Counted from the stretch's first letter, positions 6,991-17,481 are shown. The stretch: DNA of 64,000 nt from Acidobacteriota bacterium (GCA_021778515.1 JAJYCJ010000002.1:1542-65541), one strand, 5' to 3'. Notes: generated from the letters alone by a model not told the origin. Translations and numbers: made by a program.

Positions 6991-8787
6991 ATGCGTCCCT
7001 CCCGTCGTCTGAAGAGTGCATGCCTGGGCGTCCTTTCCGTGATGGTCCTTCTCGTGGTTCTATCGGCGTGCTCCGTCAGCGGGAAGGCGCAGGAAGCGCC
7101 GCTGTACCACTGCCCCATGCATCCCCAGGTCACTTCCGACAAACCCGGAGACTGCCCCATCTGCGGCATGCGGCTCGTGCGCGTGAAGCCGAACCCGGCC
7201 CCCGGGCAGACCGCCCGACCGGAACCAACGGCGGCCTCTCGGTCACCGCAGGCCGCCTCCGCCGACCCTGGCGTCGCGCCCACTCAGGCCACCACGACTT
7301 TGCCGCCCCCACCCAAGACCAAGACCATGTGGCGCTCCACCATGAATCCCGACGAGGTGAGCGACCACCCCGGCAAGGACTCCATGGGCATGGAAATGGT
7401 GCCCTTCACGGTCAGCGAGCCGGCACCCGCCGAAAGCACCGGGGCTTCGCCACCGGCCTCCTCCTCCACTTCGCCGCCCAAGACCAAGACCATGTGGCGC
7501 TCCACCATGAACCCCGGCGAGGTCAGCGACCACCCCGGCAAGGACTCCATGGGTATGGACATGGTGCCCTTCACGGTCAGCGAGCCGGCACCCGCCGAAA
7601 CCACCGGGGCTTCGCCACCGGCCTCCTCCTCCGCTTCGCCGCCCAAGACCAAGACCATGTGGCGCTCCACCATGAACCCCGGCGAGGTCAGCGACCACCC
7701 CGGCAAGGACTCCATGGGCATGGACATGGTGCCCTTCACCGTGACCGAATCATCCACCCCAACGCCCAAGGGACTGGCGGCCGTTTCGGTGACGGGTGAA
7801 GACGCCAAGCGCATGGGGCTGACTTACGGAACGGTCCAAGAGCGGGACCTGCGCCGCGACGTGCGCACCGCGGCGCGGATCGTGCCCGACGAGACGCGCC
7901 TTTACCGTGTCAACACGAAGGTGGGCGGCTGGGTCGAGAAGCTCTACGTCAACACCACGGGGCAGGCCGTCCGCCGGGGCCAGCCGCTCCTTTCCATCTA
8001 CAGCCCCGACCTGCTGGCCTCGGAGCAGGAGCTGCTCTCCGCCCTGAGCGCCGCCAAGCAGCTCGCCCAGAGTCCCTACAGCCAAGTGTCCCAGGGCGGT
8101 CAGGCGCTGGTAGACGCCGCCGTGCGGCGCCTCAGGCTCTGGGATATCAGCCAGGCCCAGATCGAGCGGATCGAGAAGACGGGGCAGGTGGAAAAGGACG
8201 TGACTCTCTACGCACCGGCATCCGGGTACGTTACGGACAAGACGGTGCTTCCCGGACAGCGCATCACCCCCGGCGATCCCCTCATGGTCGTGGCCGATCT
8301 CTCGACGGTGTGGGCCGTGGCCGAACTCTACGAATCGGACCTCCCCTACGTCAAGGTGGGCATGCCCGCCAAGGTGACTCTCCCCTACTGGCCTGGCAAG
8401 GTTTTCAAGGGGCGCGTCCGCCTCCTCGACCCCTTCCTCGATCCCACCACTCGGACGCTGAAGGCCCGCTTGGTGATCCCCAACCCGGGGATGGTCCTCA
8501 AACCCGGCATGTACGGCGATGCCCACCTGGAATACGACCTCGGGGTGCGGACCGCCGTTCCCGACTCGGCGATCCTGCCGGCGGGAGAGCACAACTACGC
8601 CTTCGTGGCCGGTTCCGACGGCACCCTCACCCCCGTCGAGGTGACCCTCGGGCCGCGCAGCGGTGGCTACTTCGAAGTGTTCTCGGGCCTCACCCCGGGC
8701 CAGCGCGTCGTTACGTCAGCCAACTTCCTGGTGGATTCGGAATCCTCCCTCAAGGCCGCACTTCAGGCCATCGCTACCGGGAAGTGA
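6991..8787 (+). CDS. cusB: efflux RND periplasmic adaptor (CusB-like) lipoprotein with one N-terminal HMBD and three Met-rich modules
   Basis: ATG 6991 follows GGAGAAGAGA. Lipobox VLSAC. HMBD YHCPMHPQVTSDKPGDCPICGMRL. Three copies of KTKTMWRSTMNP(D/G)EVSDHPGKDSMGM(E/D)MVPFTV. MFP core ...LYAPASGYVTDKTVLPGQRITPGDPLMVVADLSTVWAVAELYESD.... Confidence 0.9.
   Translation: MRPSRRLKSACLGVLSVMVLLVVLSACSVSGKAQEAPLYHCPMHPQVTSDKPGDCPICGMRLVRVKPNPAPGQTARPEPTAASRSPQAASADPGVAPTQATTTLPPPPKTKTMWRSTMNPDEVSDHPGKDSMGMEMVPFTVSEPAPAESTGASPPASSSTSPPKTKTMWRSTMNPGEVSDHPGKDSMGMDMVPFTVSEPAPAETTGASPPASSSASPPKTKTMWRSTMNPGEVSDHPGKDSMGMDMVPFTVTESSTPTPKGLAAVSVTGEDAKRMGLTYGTVQERDLRRDVRTAARIVPDETRLYRVNTKVGGWVEKLYVNTTGQAVRRGQPLLSIYSPDLLASEQELLSALSAAKQLAQSPYSQVSQGGQALVDAAVRRLRLWDISQAQIERIEKTGQVEKDVTLYAPASGYVTDKTVLPGQRITPGDPLMVVADLSTVWAVAELYESDLPYVKVGMPAKVTLPYWPGKVFKGRVRLLDPFLDPTTRTLKARLVIPNPGMVLKPGMYGDAHLEYDLGVRTAVPDSAILPAGEHNYAFVAGSDGTLTPVEVTLGPRSGGYFEVFSGLTPGQRVVTSANFLVDSESSLKAALQAIATGK
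7312..7742 (+). repeat. in-frame tandem repeat, 165-bp unit, about 2.6 copies, inside cusB
   Basis: Units start at 7312, 7477 and 7642 (CCCAAGACCAAGACCATGTGGCGCTCCACCATGAA...). Copies 2 and 3 are almost identical, and copy 1 differs at a handful of positions. Each encodes a 55-aa module PPKTKTMWRSTMNPxEVSDHPGKDSMGMxMVPFTVSEPAPAExTGASPPASSSxS. Confidence 0.9.
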
Positions 8788-8791
8788 CAGC

Positions 8792-11700
8792 ATGATCCGC
8801 AAGCTCATCACCTTCTCGGCGCACAACAAGTTTCTGGTGCTGGCCCTTGTGGCGGCGGCCCTGGCCTACGCCGCTTACGCCCTCCACCACATCCGCCTGG
8901 ACGCCATCCCCGACCTATCCGACACCCAGGTCATCGTGTACACGCGCTGGGACCGGAGCCCGGACGTCATCGAGGACCAGGTCACCTATCCCATCATCGC
9001 CGCCCTGTTGGGGACGCCCCGGGTGAAGGCCATCCGGGGCTTCTCGGATTTCGGCTTCTCCTACGTCTACGTGGTCTTCGACGACGGCACCGACATCTAT
9101 TGGGCCCGCAGCCGGGTGCTGGAGTACCTCTCCAAGATCCAGGGAAGCCTGCCGGAGGGCGTGCATCCGGAGCTGGGGCCCGACGCCACCGGCGTCGGCT
9201 GGGTCTATCAGTACGTCCTGGTTGACCACAGCCACGAGCACAACCTCGCCCAGCTGCGCTCCTATCAGGACTGGACCCTCCGCTACGCCCTCGAGAGCGT
9301 ACCCGGCGTGGCCGAGGTGGCGAGCATCGGCGGCTTCCAGAAGCAGTACCAGGTGACCATCGACCCCATCCGCCTTCAGGCCTACAACCTCTCGATCCTG
9401 GACGTGGCCAGGGCCATCCGGCAGAGCAACAACGAGGTGGGCGGCAGGCTCATCGAATTCGCCGGCACCGAGTTCATGGTGCGCGGCGAAGGATACCTCC
9501 AATCCACCTCCGACCTCGACAAGGTCGTGGTGAAGGCGACACCTGGCGGAACACCCGTGCTTCTGAAGGACGTGGCCACGGTCGCTCTCGGTCCTCAGAT
9601 GCGCCGCGGAATCCTGGACTGGAACGGCGACGGCGACGCCGTGGGCGGCATCGTGGTCATGCGCCAGGGCGAGAACGCCCTCAACGTCATCGACCGGGTC
9701 AAGGCGAAGCTCGCCTCCATGAAGGCCTCGCTCCCCGCGGGCGTCACCATCGAGCCGGCCTACGACCGCTCCGAGCTCATCCAGCGCTCCATCGACAACC
9801 TCAAGGAAGAGCTGCTTCTGGAGATGCTCGTCGTGAGCCTGGTGATCCTCTTCTTCCTCTGGCACTTCCCGTCGGCCATGGTGCCCATCATCACGATTCC
9901 CATCAGCGTACTCCTGGCCTTCATCCCCATGTATTTCATGGGCATCACCTCCAACATCATGAGCCTCTCCGGCATCGCCATCTCCATCGGCGTGCTCGTG
10001 GACGGGGCCATCGTGGAGGTGGAGAACGCCTACAAGAAGCTGGAGCTGTGGCAGGAGGGCGGCCGCGTGGGCGACTTCCACGCCGTGCGCCTGGAGGCCC
10101 TGCTGGAGGTGGGGCCCTCGGTCTTCTTCTCCCTCGCCGTCATCGCCGTGGCCTTTCTGCCCATCTTCACCCTGACGGGTCAGGAGGGGCGGCTCTTCAA
10201 GCCGCTCGCTTACACGAAGACGCTCGCCATCGCCATCGCGGCGCTTCTCGCCGTGACCCTCGATCCGGCCGTGCGCATGCTCTTCGCGCGGATGGACCGC
10301 TTCAAGGTAAAGCCCCGCTTCATCGGCAGGACGCTCGATGCACTCTTCATCGGCACCTACTACCCCGAGGAGAAGCACCCCGTGAGCCGGGTCCTCTTCT
10401 GGCTCTACGAGAAGCCGTGCCGCTTCGTCCTGCGCCACCCCAAGAGCATCATCGCGACGGCCCTGCTTCTCGTCGCCATCTCCGTTCCCATTTACTTCCG
10501 GCTCGGCCAGGAGTTCATGCCTCCCCTGGACGAGGGCACGATCCTCTACATGCCGACCACCCTGCCGGGCATCTCGGTGACGCAGGCTCAGGAGCTGCTC
10601 CAGACCGAGGACCGCATCCTCAAATCCTTCCCCGAGGTCGTCTCGGTCTTCGGAAAGGCCGGCCGGGCGGACACCTCCACCGATCCAGCGCCTTTCTCCA
10701 TGATGGAGACGACGGTGGTACTCAAGCCCGATTCCCAGTGGGGGGCCAAGCCCCGCTGGTACTCCTCCTGGGCGCCTCACTGGCTCAAGGGGGTGCTGAG
10801 CCACGTCTGGTCCGATCACATCTCCTACAGCGAGCTCATTGATCAGATGGACCGGGCCATCCAGATCCCCGGAAACACCAACGCCTGGACCATGCCCATC
10901 CGGGGCCGCATCGACATGCTCACGACGGGGGTTCGCACCCCCATCGGGATCAAGATTCTCGGGGACAACCTGGATGAGATTCAGCGCATCGGCGAGCAGA
11001 TCCAGCGGGTCCTGCAGAATGTCCCCGGAACCCGCAGCGTCTTCGCCGAGCGCACCGGCGGGGGCTACTACGTGGACTTCGTCCCGAAGCGCGACGCGCT
11101 GGCTCGCTACGGGCTCACCATACAGGACCTGCAGGACGTGATCATGACGGCGGTGGGAGGCGAGAACATCACGACGACCGTCGAGGGGCGCGCGCGCTAC
11201 TCGGTGAACCTGCGCTACCCCCGCGACCTGCGCGCCAACCTCGACCAGCTCCGGAGGATCCTCGTCAGCACCCCCACCGGCGTGCAGGTTCCCATGGAGG
11301 AGCTGGCCGACGTTCGGACGGACCTGGGGCCCTCCATGATCCGGGACGAGAACGGCATGCTGGCGGGTTACGTCTACGTGGATCTGACCGGCCGGGACGT
11401 GGGCTCTTACGTGGCGGCCGCGCAGAAGGCCGTGGAGAAGGCGGTGCACCTGCCCACGGGCTACTCCCTCATCTGGAGCGGACAGTGGGAGAACATGATC
11501 AGCGTGCGGCAGCGCCTGAAAGTCGTGGTACCCATCACGCTGTTGCTCATCTTCCTGCTCCTCTACATGAACACCAAGTCCCCATTCAAGGCGATGGTGG
11601 TGTTGCTGGCGGTCCCCTTCTCGGTGGTGGGCGCCATCTGGCTTCTCTACTTCTTGCACTACAACGTCTCCATCGCCACGTGGGTGGGGATGATCGCGCT

Positions 11701-12097
11701 CATGGGGCTGGACGCGGAGACGGGCGTCTTCATGCTCCTATTTCTGGATCTCTCCTACGACGAGGCCTTGAAGGCGGGACGCCTGCGCTCGCTGGGCGAC
11801 CTCCACGATGCCATCGTCCACGGCGCGGTGAAGCGCATCCGCCCCAAGATGATGACCGTCACCGCGGCGGCCATGGGCCTCATGCCCATCATGTGGTCCC
11901 AGGGCACGGGCGCGGACATGATGAAGCGCGTGGCGGCGCCCATGGTGGGCGGACTCTTCACCTCGTTCCTGATGGAACTTCTCGTCTATCCCGCCATTTA
12001 TCTGCTCTGGAAGAGGCGCACCTTGCCCGCTCAGGAGGGCCCGTCCCAGGGGTCGGACCACCAGGGGGCAAGTGGCCGCATCCTGGGTGGCATGTGA
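8792..12097 (+). CDS. cusA: CusA/CzcA-family heavy-metal efflux RND transporter
   Basis: [53 protein letters not shown]... is a typical HME-RND N-terminus. About 1100 aa with 12 TM segments. ATG 8792 lies 5 nt after the cusB stop. The track ORF start (8663) is an upstream extension. Confidence 0.93.
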   Translation: MIRKLITFSAHNKFLVLALVAAALAYAAYALHHIRLDAIPDLSDTQVIVYTRWDRSPDVIEDQVTYPIIAALLGTPRVKAIRGFSDFGFSYVYVVFDDGTDIYWARSRVLEYLSKIQGSLPEGVHPELGPDATGVGWVYQYVLVDHSHEHNLAQLRSYQDWTLRYALESVPGVAEVASIGGFQKQYQVTIDPIRLQAYNLSILDVARAIRQSNNEVGGRLIEFAGTEFMVRGEGYLQSTSDLDKVVVKATPGGTPVLLKDVATVALGPQMRRGILDWNGDGDAVGGIVVMRQGENALNVIDRVKAKLASMKASLPAGVTIEPAYDRSELIQRSIDNLKEELLLEMLVVSLVILFFLWHFPSAMVPIITIPISVLLAFIPMYFMGITSNIMSLSGIAISIGVLVDGAIVEVENAYKKLELWQEGGRVGDFHAVRLEALLEVGPSVFFSLAVIAVAFLPIFTLTGQEGRLFKPLAYTKTLAIAIAALLAVTLDPAVRMLFARMDRFKVKPRFIGRTLDALFIGTYYPEEKHPVSRVLFWLYEKPCRFVLRHPKSIIATALLLVAISVPIYFRLGQEFMPPLDEGTILYMPTTLPGISVTQAQELLQTEDRILKSFPEVVSVFGKAGRADTSTDPAPFSMMETTVVLKPDSQWGAKPRWYSSWAPHWLKGVLSHVWSDHISYSELIDQMDRAIQIPGNTNAWTMPIRGRIDMLTTGVRTPIGIKILGDNLDEIQRIGEQIQRVLQNVPGTRSVFAERTGGGYYVDFVPKRDALARYGLTIQDLQDVIMTAVGGENITTTVEGRARYSVNLRYPRDLRANLDQLRRILVSTPTGVQVPMEELADVRTDLGPSMIRDENGMLAGYVYVDLTGRDVGSYVAAAQKAVEKAVHLPTGYSLIWSGQWENMISVRQRLKVVVPITLLLIFLLLYMNTKSPFKAMVVLLAVPFSVVGAIWLLYFLHYNVSIATWVGMIALMGLDAETGVFMLLFLDLSYDEALKAGRLRSLGDLHDAIVHGAVKRIRPKMMTVTAAAMGLMPIMWSQGTGADMMKRVAAPMVGGLFTSFLMELLVYPAIYLLWKRRTLPAQEGPSQGSDHQGASGRILGGM

Positions 12098-12120
12098 CGA
12101 GAGCGCCGCGGAGGCAACGC

Positions 12121-14793
12121 ATGAAGAGGCAAGCGGAGACAGAAGCACACCGGGCCGCCGACGCGCCCGCCGACACGCGGGACCCCGTCTGCGGCATGAC
12201 GGTGGACCCGGAGCACCCTCGCGGCGGAACCGCCGCCTACGGCGGCAAGACCTACGGCTTCTGCAATCCGATGTGCCGGGAAAGGTTTCTCGCAGAGCCC
12301 GAGAAGTACCTCGCGCCCACCTACAGGCCCATGGGGATGCCGATGATGCCGGTGATGATGAAGCACCAGCCGGCAAAGGCGGCCGAGCAGCCCAGGGACC
12401 CGGTGTGCGGCATGACGGTCTCCCCTGACGGGGCCGCGGGAAGCTTCGAGCAGGATGGCACCACCTATTGGTTCTGCTCGGCGCACTGCCTGGAGAAATT
12501 CAAGGCGGATCCGCGCGCCCACCTCGGCGAAAGGCCAGCTCGAAGCGTGGCAAAGGTGGCACCGGGAGGCACCCGCTACACATGTCCCATGGATCCAGAA
12601 GTGGTACAGGACCATCCGGGGGCCTGCCCCAAGTGCGGCATGGCCCTCGAGCCCATGGACATCACGGCGCCCGCGACTGCCACCGTCTTCACCTGCCCCA
12701 TGCACCCCCAAATCCGGCAGGACCATCCGGGCGCGTGCCCCAAGTGCGGCATGGCTCTTGAGGCGCAGACGGTCACGGTCGAGGAGGAGAATCCGGAATA
12801 CAAGGACATGAAGCGGCGCTTCTGGGCGGCGCTAGCCCTGACCGTGCCTCTCTTTGTCGTGGCCCTCCCTCACATGGTTCCAGCGCTCACCATGCAGCAC
12901 CTCATCTCCTCCGGGACGGCGGGATGGCTGGAATTCATTCTCTCCACGCCCGTGGTCTTCTGGGCCGGCTGGGTTCTGCTCAAGCGGGGGTGGGATTCTC
13001 TGGTCCACCGCAGCCCGAACATGTTCACCCTCATCGGCATGGGCGTCGGCGTCTCCTACGTCTACAGCGCAGTAGCCCTTCTCTTCCCGCAGGTTTTCCC
13101 GCCCGCCTTCCGCGATGAGAGCGGGCAGATCGCCACGTACTTCGACGCGGCCGCCATGATCACGGTGCTGGTACTCCTGGGCCAGGTAATGGAACTCAAG
13201 GCCAGGAGCCGCACATCGAGCGCCATCAAGGCGCTGCTCGGCCTGGCGCCGAAGACGGCGAGGATGGTCAGGTCCGACGGATCCGATTCGGACGTCCCCC
13301 TTGATCAGGTCCGGCCCGGCGACACCTTGCGAGTCCGTCCCGGCGAGAGGGTGCCCGTGGACGGCCTCGTGCTCGATGGTTCCAGCTCCGTGGACGAATC
13401 CATGATGAGCGGCGAACCCATTCCCGTCGAGAAGGGCCCCGGCGACCCGGTCACCGGCGGAACGGTCAACGCTACCGGCGGTTTTACCATGCGGGCCGAG
13501 CGCGTGGGCGGCGACACCCTGCTGGCCCAGATCGTCCGCATGGTGGGCGAGGCCCAGCGAAGCCGCGCGCCCATCCAGCGCATCGCCGACGCCGTGGCCT
13601 CCTATTTCGTGCCGGCCGTGGTCCTCGCGGCGGTGGTCACTTTCATCGTCTGGGCCCTGTTGGGTCCACAGCCCGCACTGGCCTACGCGCTCGTCAACGC
13701 GGTGGCGGTCCTGATGATCGCCTGCCCGTGCGCCCTCGGCCTCGCCACCCCCATGTCCATCATGGTGGCCACCGGCCGGGGCGCCCGCGCGGGGATTCTC
13801 ATCAAGAACGCCGAAGCCCTGGAAACCCTTCAGAAGGTAGACACGCTGGTGGTGGACAAGACGGGCACCCTGACCGAAGGCAGACCCAGGTTGAGGGAGG
13901 TCGTGGCCCTCGACGGCCTCTCAGAAAACGAACTCCTCGGCCTCGCCGCAAGCCTCGAACGAGCCAGCGAGCATCCTCTCGCGGCGGCCATCGTCGCCGG
14001 CGCCGAAGAACGAGCAGTCCCGCTCCAGAAGGTCGAAGAGTTCCAATCCGTCACGGGCAAGGGAGTGACCGGAAAGATCGCGAACCGCGCCGTTGCCCTC
14101 GGCAATGCCCGCTGGCTGCAATCCATGAACATCGGGGAGGGGATCCTCGCCGAGAGGGCGGAAGGTCTTCGAAGACTCGGCAGGACCGTCATGTTCGTGG
14201 TCCTTGGAGGACGACTGGCCGGCCTGATCACCGTCTCGGACCCCGTCAAACGTACCACCGCCGAGGCGGTGAGGTCTTTGAAGGAACAAGGAATCCGCAT
14301 CATCATGCTGACGGGCGACAACCGGGCCACGGCGCAGGCCGTGGCCGACGAGCTGGGCATCGAGGAGGTCGAGGCGGACATCCTGCCCGACCAGAAGAGC
14401 GCCGTGGTCAAGCGTCTCCAGAGCGAGGGCCGCTTCGTGGCCATGGCCGGAGACGGGGTGAACGACGCTCCGGCGCTCGCTCAGGCCCAGGTGGGCATCG
14501 CCATGGGTTCGGGCACGGACGTGGCCATGGAAAGCGCGGGCATCACCCTTCTGAAGGGTGATTTGCGCGGCATTGCGATGGCCTACAGGCTCAGCCGGAA
14601 GACCATGGCCAACATCAAGCAGAACCTCTTCTTCGCCTTCGTGTACAACACGATCGGCATTCCCATCGCCGCGGGCATACTGTACCCATTCTTCGGTCTC
14701 TTGCTGAGCCCCGTGATCGCGAGCGCGGCCATGAGTTTCAGCTCCGTGTCGGTCATCAGCAACGCCCTACGTCTGCGCAGGGTGGTTCTATGA
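12121..14793 (+). CDS. copA: Cu(I)/Ag(I)-translocating P1B-type ATPase with 2 YHS/TRASH-like + 2 HMBD N-terminal modules
   Basis: N-terminus carries [10 protein letters not shown]...[18 protein letters not shown]...[32 protein letters not shown] and [24 protein letters not shown]. Core motifs: TM CPC ([12 protein letters not shown]), DKTGT (VVDKTGTLT), [10 protein letters not shown] (FVYNTIGIP) and MSFSS. ATG 12121; the track ORF start at 11485 overlaps cusA. Confidence 0.95.
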   Translation: MKRQAETEAHRAADAPADTRDPVCGMTVDPEHPRGGTAAYGGKTYGFCNPMCRERFLAEPEKYLAPTYRPMGMPMMPVMMKHQPAKAAEQPRDPVCGMTVSPDGAAGSFEQDGTTYWFCSAHCLEKFKADPRAHLGERPARSVAKVAPGGTRYTCPMDPEVVQDHPGACPKCGMALEPMDITAPATATVFTCPMHPQIRQDHPGACPKCGMALEAQTVTVEEENPEYKDMKRRFWAALALTVPLFVVALPHMVPALTMQHLISSGTAGWLEFILSTPVVFWAGWVLLKRGWDSLVHRSPNMFTLIGMGVGVSYVYSAVALLFPQVFPPAFRDESGQIATYFDAAAMITVLVLLGQVMELKARSRTSSAIKALLGLAPKTARMVRSDGSDSDVPLDQVRPGDTLRVRPGERVPVDGLVLDGSSSVDESMMSGEPIPVEKGPGDPVTGGTVNATGGFTMRAERVGGDTLLAQIVRMVGEAQRSRAPIQRIADAVASYFVPAVVLAAVVTFIVWALLGPQPALAYALVNAVAVLMIACPCALGLATPMSIMVATGRGARAGILIKNAEALETLQKVDTLVVDKTGTLTEGRPRLREVVALDGLSENELLGLAASLERASEHPLAAAIVAGAEERAVPLQKVEEFQSVTGKGVTGKIANRAVALGNARWLQSMNIGEGILAERAEGLRRLGRTVMFVVLGGRLAGLITVSDPVKRTTAEAVRSLKEQGIRIIMLTGDNRATAQAVADELGIEEVEADILPDQKSAVVKRLQSEGRFVAMAGDGVNDAPALAQAQVGIAMGSGTDVAMESAGITLLKGDLRGIAMAYRLSRKTMANIKQNLFFAFVYNTIGIPIAAGILYPFFGLLLSPVIASAAMSFSSVSVISNALRLRRVVL

Positions 14794-15611
14794 AGAAGAA
14801 ACGCGTCGCGGGCCTCGTCGTGGCGTTCGTGATTCTGGCCGCCACGGCCAGGTGGTGGCCCGACTGGTACTGGACCTATCGCACCCGCAACCCCGTTCGC
14901 GCGGGGGCCAATCTGGCGGCCAGGAACGGGTGCCTCGCCTGTCACGCCCCGCTCCAGCGCGACCAGCACGACGACCCGGGAAGCCGGTGGGGAAGCGTCC
15001 CCTCCTTCTACCGCGGGAACCTGATGATGTACGTCAACAACCCCAAGGAGGTCGAAAACTTCATCAGCTTCGGGCGGCCAGAACCTCCACCCAAGAAGAC
15101 GGCCGCCCCCCCGCCATCCAGCCCGGCCGAACCGGGCACGAAGGCGGCCCCGCTCTTTCACATGCCCGCCTTCAAGGGACGCCTGAGTCCCTCGGAGATA
15201 CACGATCTGGCGCTCTACGTCGTGGCGGCCGACGGCTACCAGGTTCCCGACTCGGGTACCGTGGCAGACGGCTTCACTCTCTCGCGCAAGTACGGCTGCG
15301 AGTCCTGCCACGGGATCGGAGGCTCGGGCGGGGTGCCCAACCCGCGCTCCTTTACCCTCACCGTCCCCGGATGGATCGGGGCGGACTTCTCAAGCCTGGT
15401 CCAGAACCAAGAGGAATTCCGGGAGTGGGTAATGGACGGCCGATCCAAACGCATGGCTCGGAATCCCGCCGCCTCCTTCTTCCTAGAGCGTGCGAACCTC
15501 TACATGCCGAGCTTCCGTAACGCCCTCAAACCCAAGGATGTGGACGCCCTGTGGGCCTACGTCCAGTTTCTGAGAGTTCAGCCGCATGGGCGCGCCGGCG
15601 CGCCCAAATGA
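14790..15611 (+). CDS. membrane-anchored diheme c-type cytochrome
   Basis: Two CxxCH motifs (NGCLACH, YGCESCH), each followed by a distal Met motif (FHMPAF, LYMPSF). N-terminal anchor [15 protein letters not shown]. Its ATG overlaps the copA stop (ATGA). Confidence 0.8.
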   Translation: MKKKRVAGLVVAFVILAATARWWPDWYWTYRTRNPVRAGANLAARNGCLACHAPLQRDQHDDPGSRWGSVPSFYRGNLMMYVNNPKEVENFISFGRPEPPPKKTAAPPPSSPAEPGTKAAPLFHMPAFKGRLSPSEIHDLALYVVAADGYQVPDSGTVADGFTLSRKYGCESCHGIGGSGGVPNPRSFTLTVPGWIGADFSSLVQNQEEFREWVMDGRSKRMARNPAASFFLERANLYMPSFRNALKPKDVDALWAYVQFLRVQPHGRAGAPK

Positions 15612-15666
15612 CCCAGGAATACGCGTCTCTCCCAGGTTGTTAGTTTCTCTCAAATGGAGGTGAACA

Positions 15667-16065
15667 ATGCAGCGTATGACCAAACGTGGTTTCGTGGTGA
15701 GCATTCTCGTTCTGGCTCTGATGAGTTTCATCGGATCGGCGGTTTTCGCTGCCGGTCCCATGAAGATGGGAAAAGAGTCGAGCATCACGGTGAAGGGCGA
15801 AATCCTTGATATGGCCTGCTACCTCGGTCATGGCGCCATGGGCATTAAGCATCAGCAGTGCGCCCTGATGTGCCTGAAGGGCGGCCAGCCCATGGGGCTA
15901 AGGACGGCGGACGGCAAAGTCTACCTGCTGGTGGCCAGCCACAAGGACGGCAAGCCTTTCGAGGAGGCCAAGGGTTACGCCGCCGACCAGGTGGAGGTGA
16001 CCGGACCGCTCTTCCAGCGCGACGGTATCAGCGCCATCGAGGTCGATACCGTCAAGAAGCTTTAG
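15667..16065 (+). CDS. small secreted Cys/His/Met-containing protein of unknown function
   Basis: RBS GGAGGTGAACA precedes the ATG. Signal peptide ...FVVSILVLALMSFIGSAVFAAGP. Mature part ...ILDMACYLGHGAMGIKHQQCALMCLKGGQPMGLRTADGKVYLLV.... Last gene before a terminator. Confidence 0.7.
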   Translation: MQRMTKRGFVVSILVLALMSFIGSAVFAAGPMKMGKESSITVKGEILDMACYLGHGAMGIKHQQCALMCLKGGQPMGLRTADGKVYLLVASHKDGKPFEEAKGYAADQVEVTGPLFQRDGISAIEVDTVKKL

Positions 16066-16088
16066 TTCGAATCGCCGGTGGATCAGGG

Positions 16089-16120
16089 GGGCCTCCCGGT
16101 TTCTGCGGGGGGCCCTTTTT
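16089..16120 (+). terminator. rho-independent terminator closing the cus/cop operon
   Basis: GGGCCTCCCG - GTTTCTG - CGGGGGGCCC forms a 10-bp stem (one G-U pair) followed by TTTTT, 24 nt after the stop of the 15667 gene. Confidence 0.6.
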
Positions 16121-16269
16121 GCGTGGCGAGACCGGGGGACTGGTTCCGCTCCTCCGTTTCCAGCGGTAACACCTTGGCTCCTGATCGGACCAGCCCGGGG
16201 GAACAAATAGAGCCGGTCTGCCGCATCCGCGCATTACCCCATCAGCGTTTCAACGAAGTGCTGCCAACA

Positions 16270-16285
16270 TGGCACGGTGTTTGAA
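16270..16285 (+). promoter_or_regulatory. weak sigma54-like promoter candidate upstream of the TRASH/YHS gene
   Basis: TGGCAC-GGTGT-TTGAA has a perfect -24 box, but the -12 box reads TTGA rather than TTGC (the conserved C is lost). It lies 25 nt before GTG 16310. Confidence 0.25.
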
Positions 16286-16309
16286 AGTCCAGTGGACAGG
16301 AGGCGGCCC

Positions 16310-16507
16310 GTGATCCTGGAACGCTGTCCCGTTTGCGGTGGTTTCTTGAGTCCAGAAGCGGGGACCTTCGAGGTCACCTACGAGGGCAAGTCCTTCTCGT
16401 TCTGCTCCTTGGACTGCATGCACATTTTTCAGCACTTTCCGCAGGCCTACGCCGAGGGGCAGGAGCCCGATCTTCAGGCCATCGAGGATTTCGGTCTTCA
16501 AGACTGA
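16310..16507 (+). CDS. stand-alone TRASH/YHS-type metal-binding domain protein
   Basis: CPVCG-x22-FCSLDC fits C-x2-C-x19-22-C-x3-C. GTG 16310 is preceded by GGAGG (16298-16302). The track ORF starts at 16277. Confidence 0.6.
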   Translation: MILERCPVCGGFLSPEAGTFEVTYEGKSFSFCSLDCMHIFQHFPQAYAEGQEPDLQAIEDFGLQD

Positions 16508-17481
16508 CCGTTGGCCGGTTTCCCTCGCAGGGATTTGAAGGCCCGCGCGGCGAGCGGGCCCATTCCCGCCTTCACGTTGTCGAAAAGCATCCAGATCCAC
16601 AACACGTCGTCCCGCAGCCTGCGGACTCCGAGGACGGGTGATTCGAGCTGCCCCACCTCCACCGGAGAGGGCCACCGCTCTCCCCTGAACAGGTGAAAGT
16701 AGCCCTGCTTTTTCAGGACAGCGCGCATTCTTTTTTCGGGATCCGCCGCGGTTTGCAGGTGAACCAGAGAGGAGAGGCCCGTGTTGTGGAACACGGGAGT
16801 CTGCATGGACACCAGGGTCGTGGTCAGCTGCCGGTTGCTGATGCAACGGACCTGATCCCCAAAGAGATCGCCGCCGGGTTGGGCCTCGGACGGAAACAGG
16901 TTGAAGGCCACCTGCCGGCCGAAGATTTCTGTTGGAAGCGGCTTGAAATTCAGCAGGCTCACACTCTGCTGAAACAACTCGTCCACCCCCGCTTCGCCCC
17001 TGATCGACGCGGGCAAAAAGAGGTGGCAGTCCACGGAAGGGATCTCCTGGCCTTCCAGGGCATTCAATGCAAGGCCCAGGAAGAGAGCGGCGGGGGCCGG
17101 AAAGCTGAGCAGAGCTCCCATCGAACGCAGTGTGTCTGCATCGGCCAGCGGGTTGCACCAGCCGTCGGGCAAACCCGCCTGGGGGGAGAGGTCCAAAACG
17201 AGGGCGCCGGCCCTCTGGGCCCAACCGAGCACAAACTGACGTGCCTGAACATCGCTCGTAAACAGGAAGACGGTCCCGACCTTGCGGAGCAGCTCCTCGT
17301 CCAGCGGCAGGTAGATGGCCGCGGCGTCGTCCTCTACCGACATCTCCCAGGTCCCGAGCTTGGGCCCGAAGACCAGAATCGCCGATTCCTCCAGGCCCAT
17401 CTCCGTGAGCCTCGATTTCAGTTCGAGGACCTCCAGAGATCCGGCGCCGACGAGCGCCACGTAGTGGGGCTCAGGGTTCAT
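16498..17481 (-). CDS. aspartate-semialdehyde dehydrogenase (Asd) family homolog lacking the catalytic Cys and His
   Basis: Family matches: VAFNLFP, PVLGVRRLRDD, LFDNVKAG. Where Asd has NPNCST this protein has FPAPAA, and where Asd has TGHSE it has TGLSS. The Rossmann motif is degraded (VGAGSLEV). The start overlaps the pssA stop. Confidence 0.7.
   Translation of the reverse strand: MNPEPHYVALVGAGSLEVLELKSRLTEMGLEESAILVFGPKLGTWEMSVEDDAAAIYLPLDEELLRKVGTVFLFTSDVQARQFVLGWAQRAGALVLDLSPQAGLPDGWCNPLADADTLRSMGALLSFPAPAALFLGLALNALEGQEIPSVDCHLFLPASIRGEAGVDELFQQSVSLLNFKPLPTEIFGRQVAFNLFPSEAQPGGDLFGDQVRCISNRQLTTTLVSMQTPVFHNTGLSSLVHLQTAADPEKRMRAVLKKQGYFHLFRGERWPSPVEVGQLESPVLGVRRLRDDVLWIWMLFDNVKAGMGPLAARAFKSLRGKPANGQS

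Noticed and set aside
8915-11659. 914-aa minus-strand ORF
   Set aside because: It is antisense to cusA, with His/Asp/Gly-rich nonsense composition.
11485-12120. Upstream extension of the copA ORF
   Set aside because: It overlaps the cusA 3' end in another frame. A clear start lies at ATG 12121 (MKRQAETEA).
1-16507. Copper/silver cluster as a horizontally acquired mobile island
   Set aside because: No integrase, transposase, IS ends, flanking direct repeats or visible compositional shift were seen. This cannot be excluded without genome-wide comparison, but the window gives no support.
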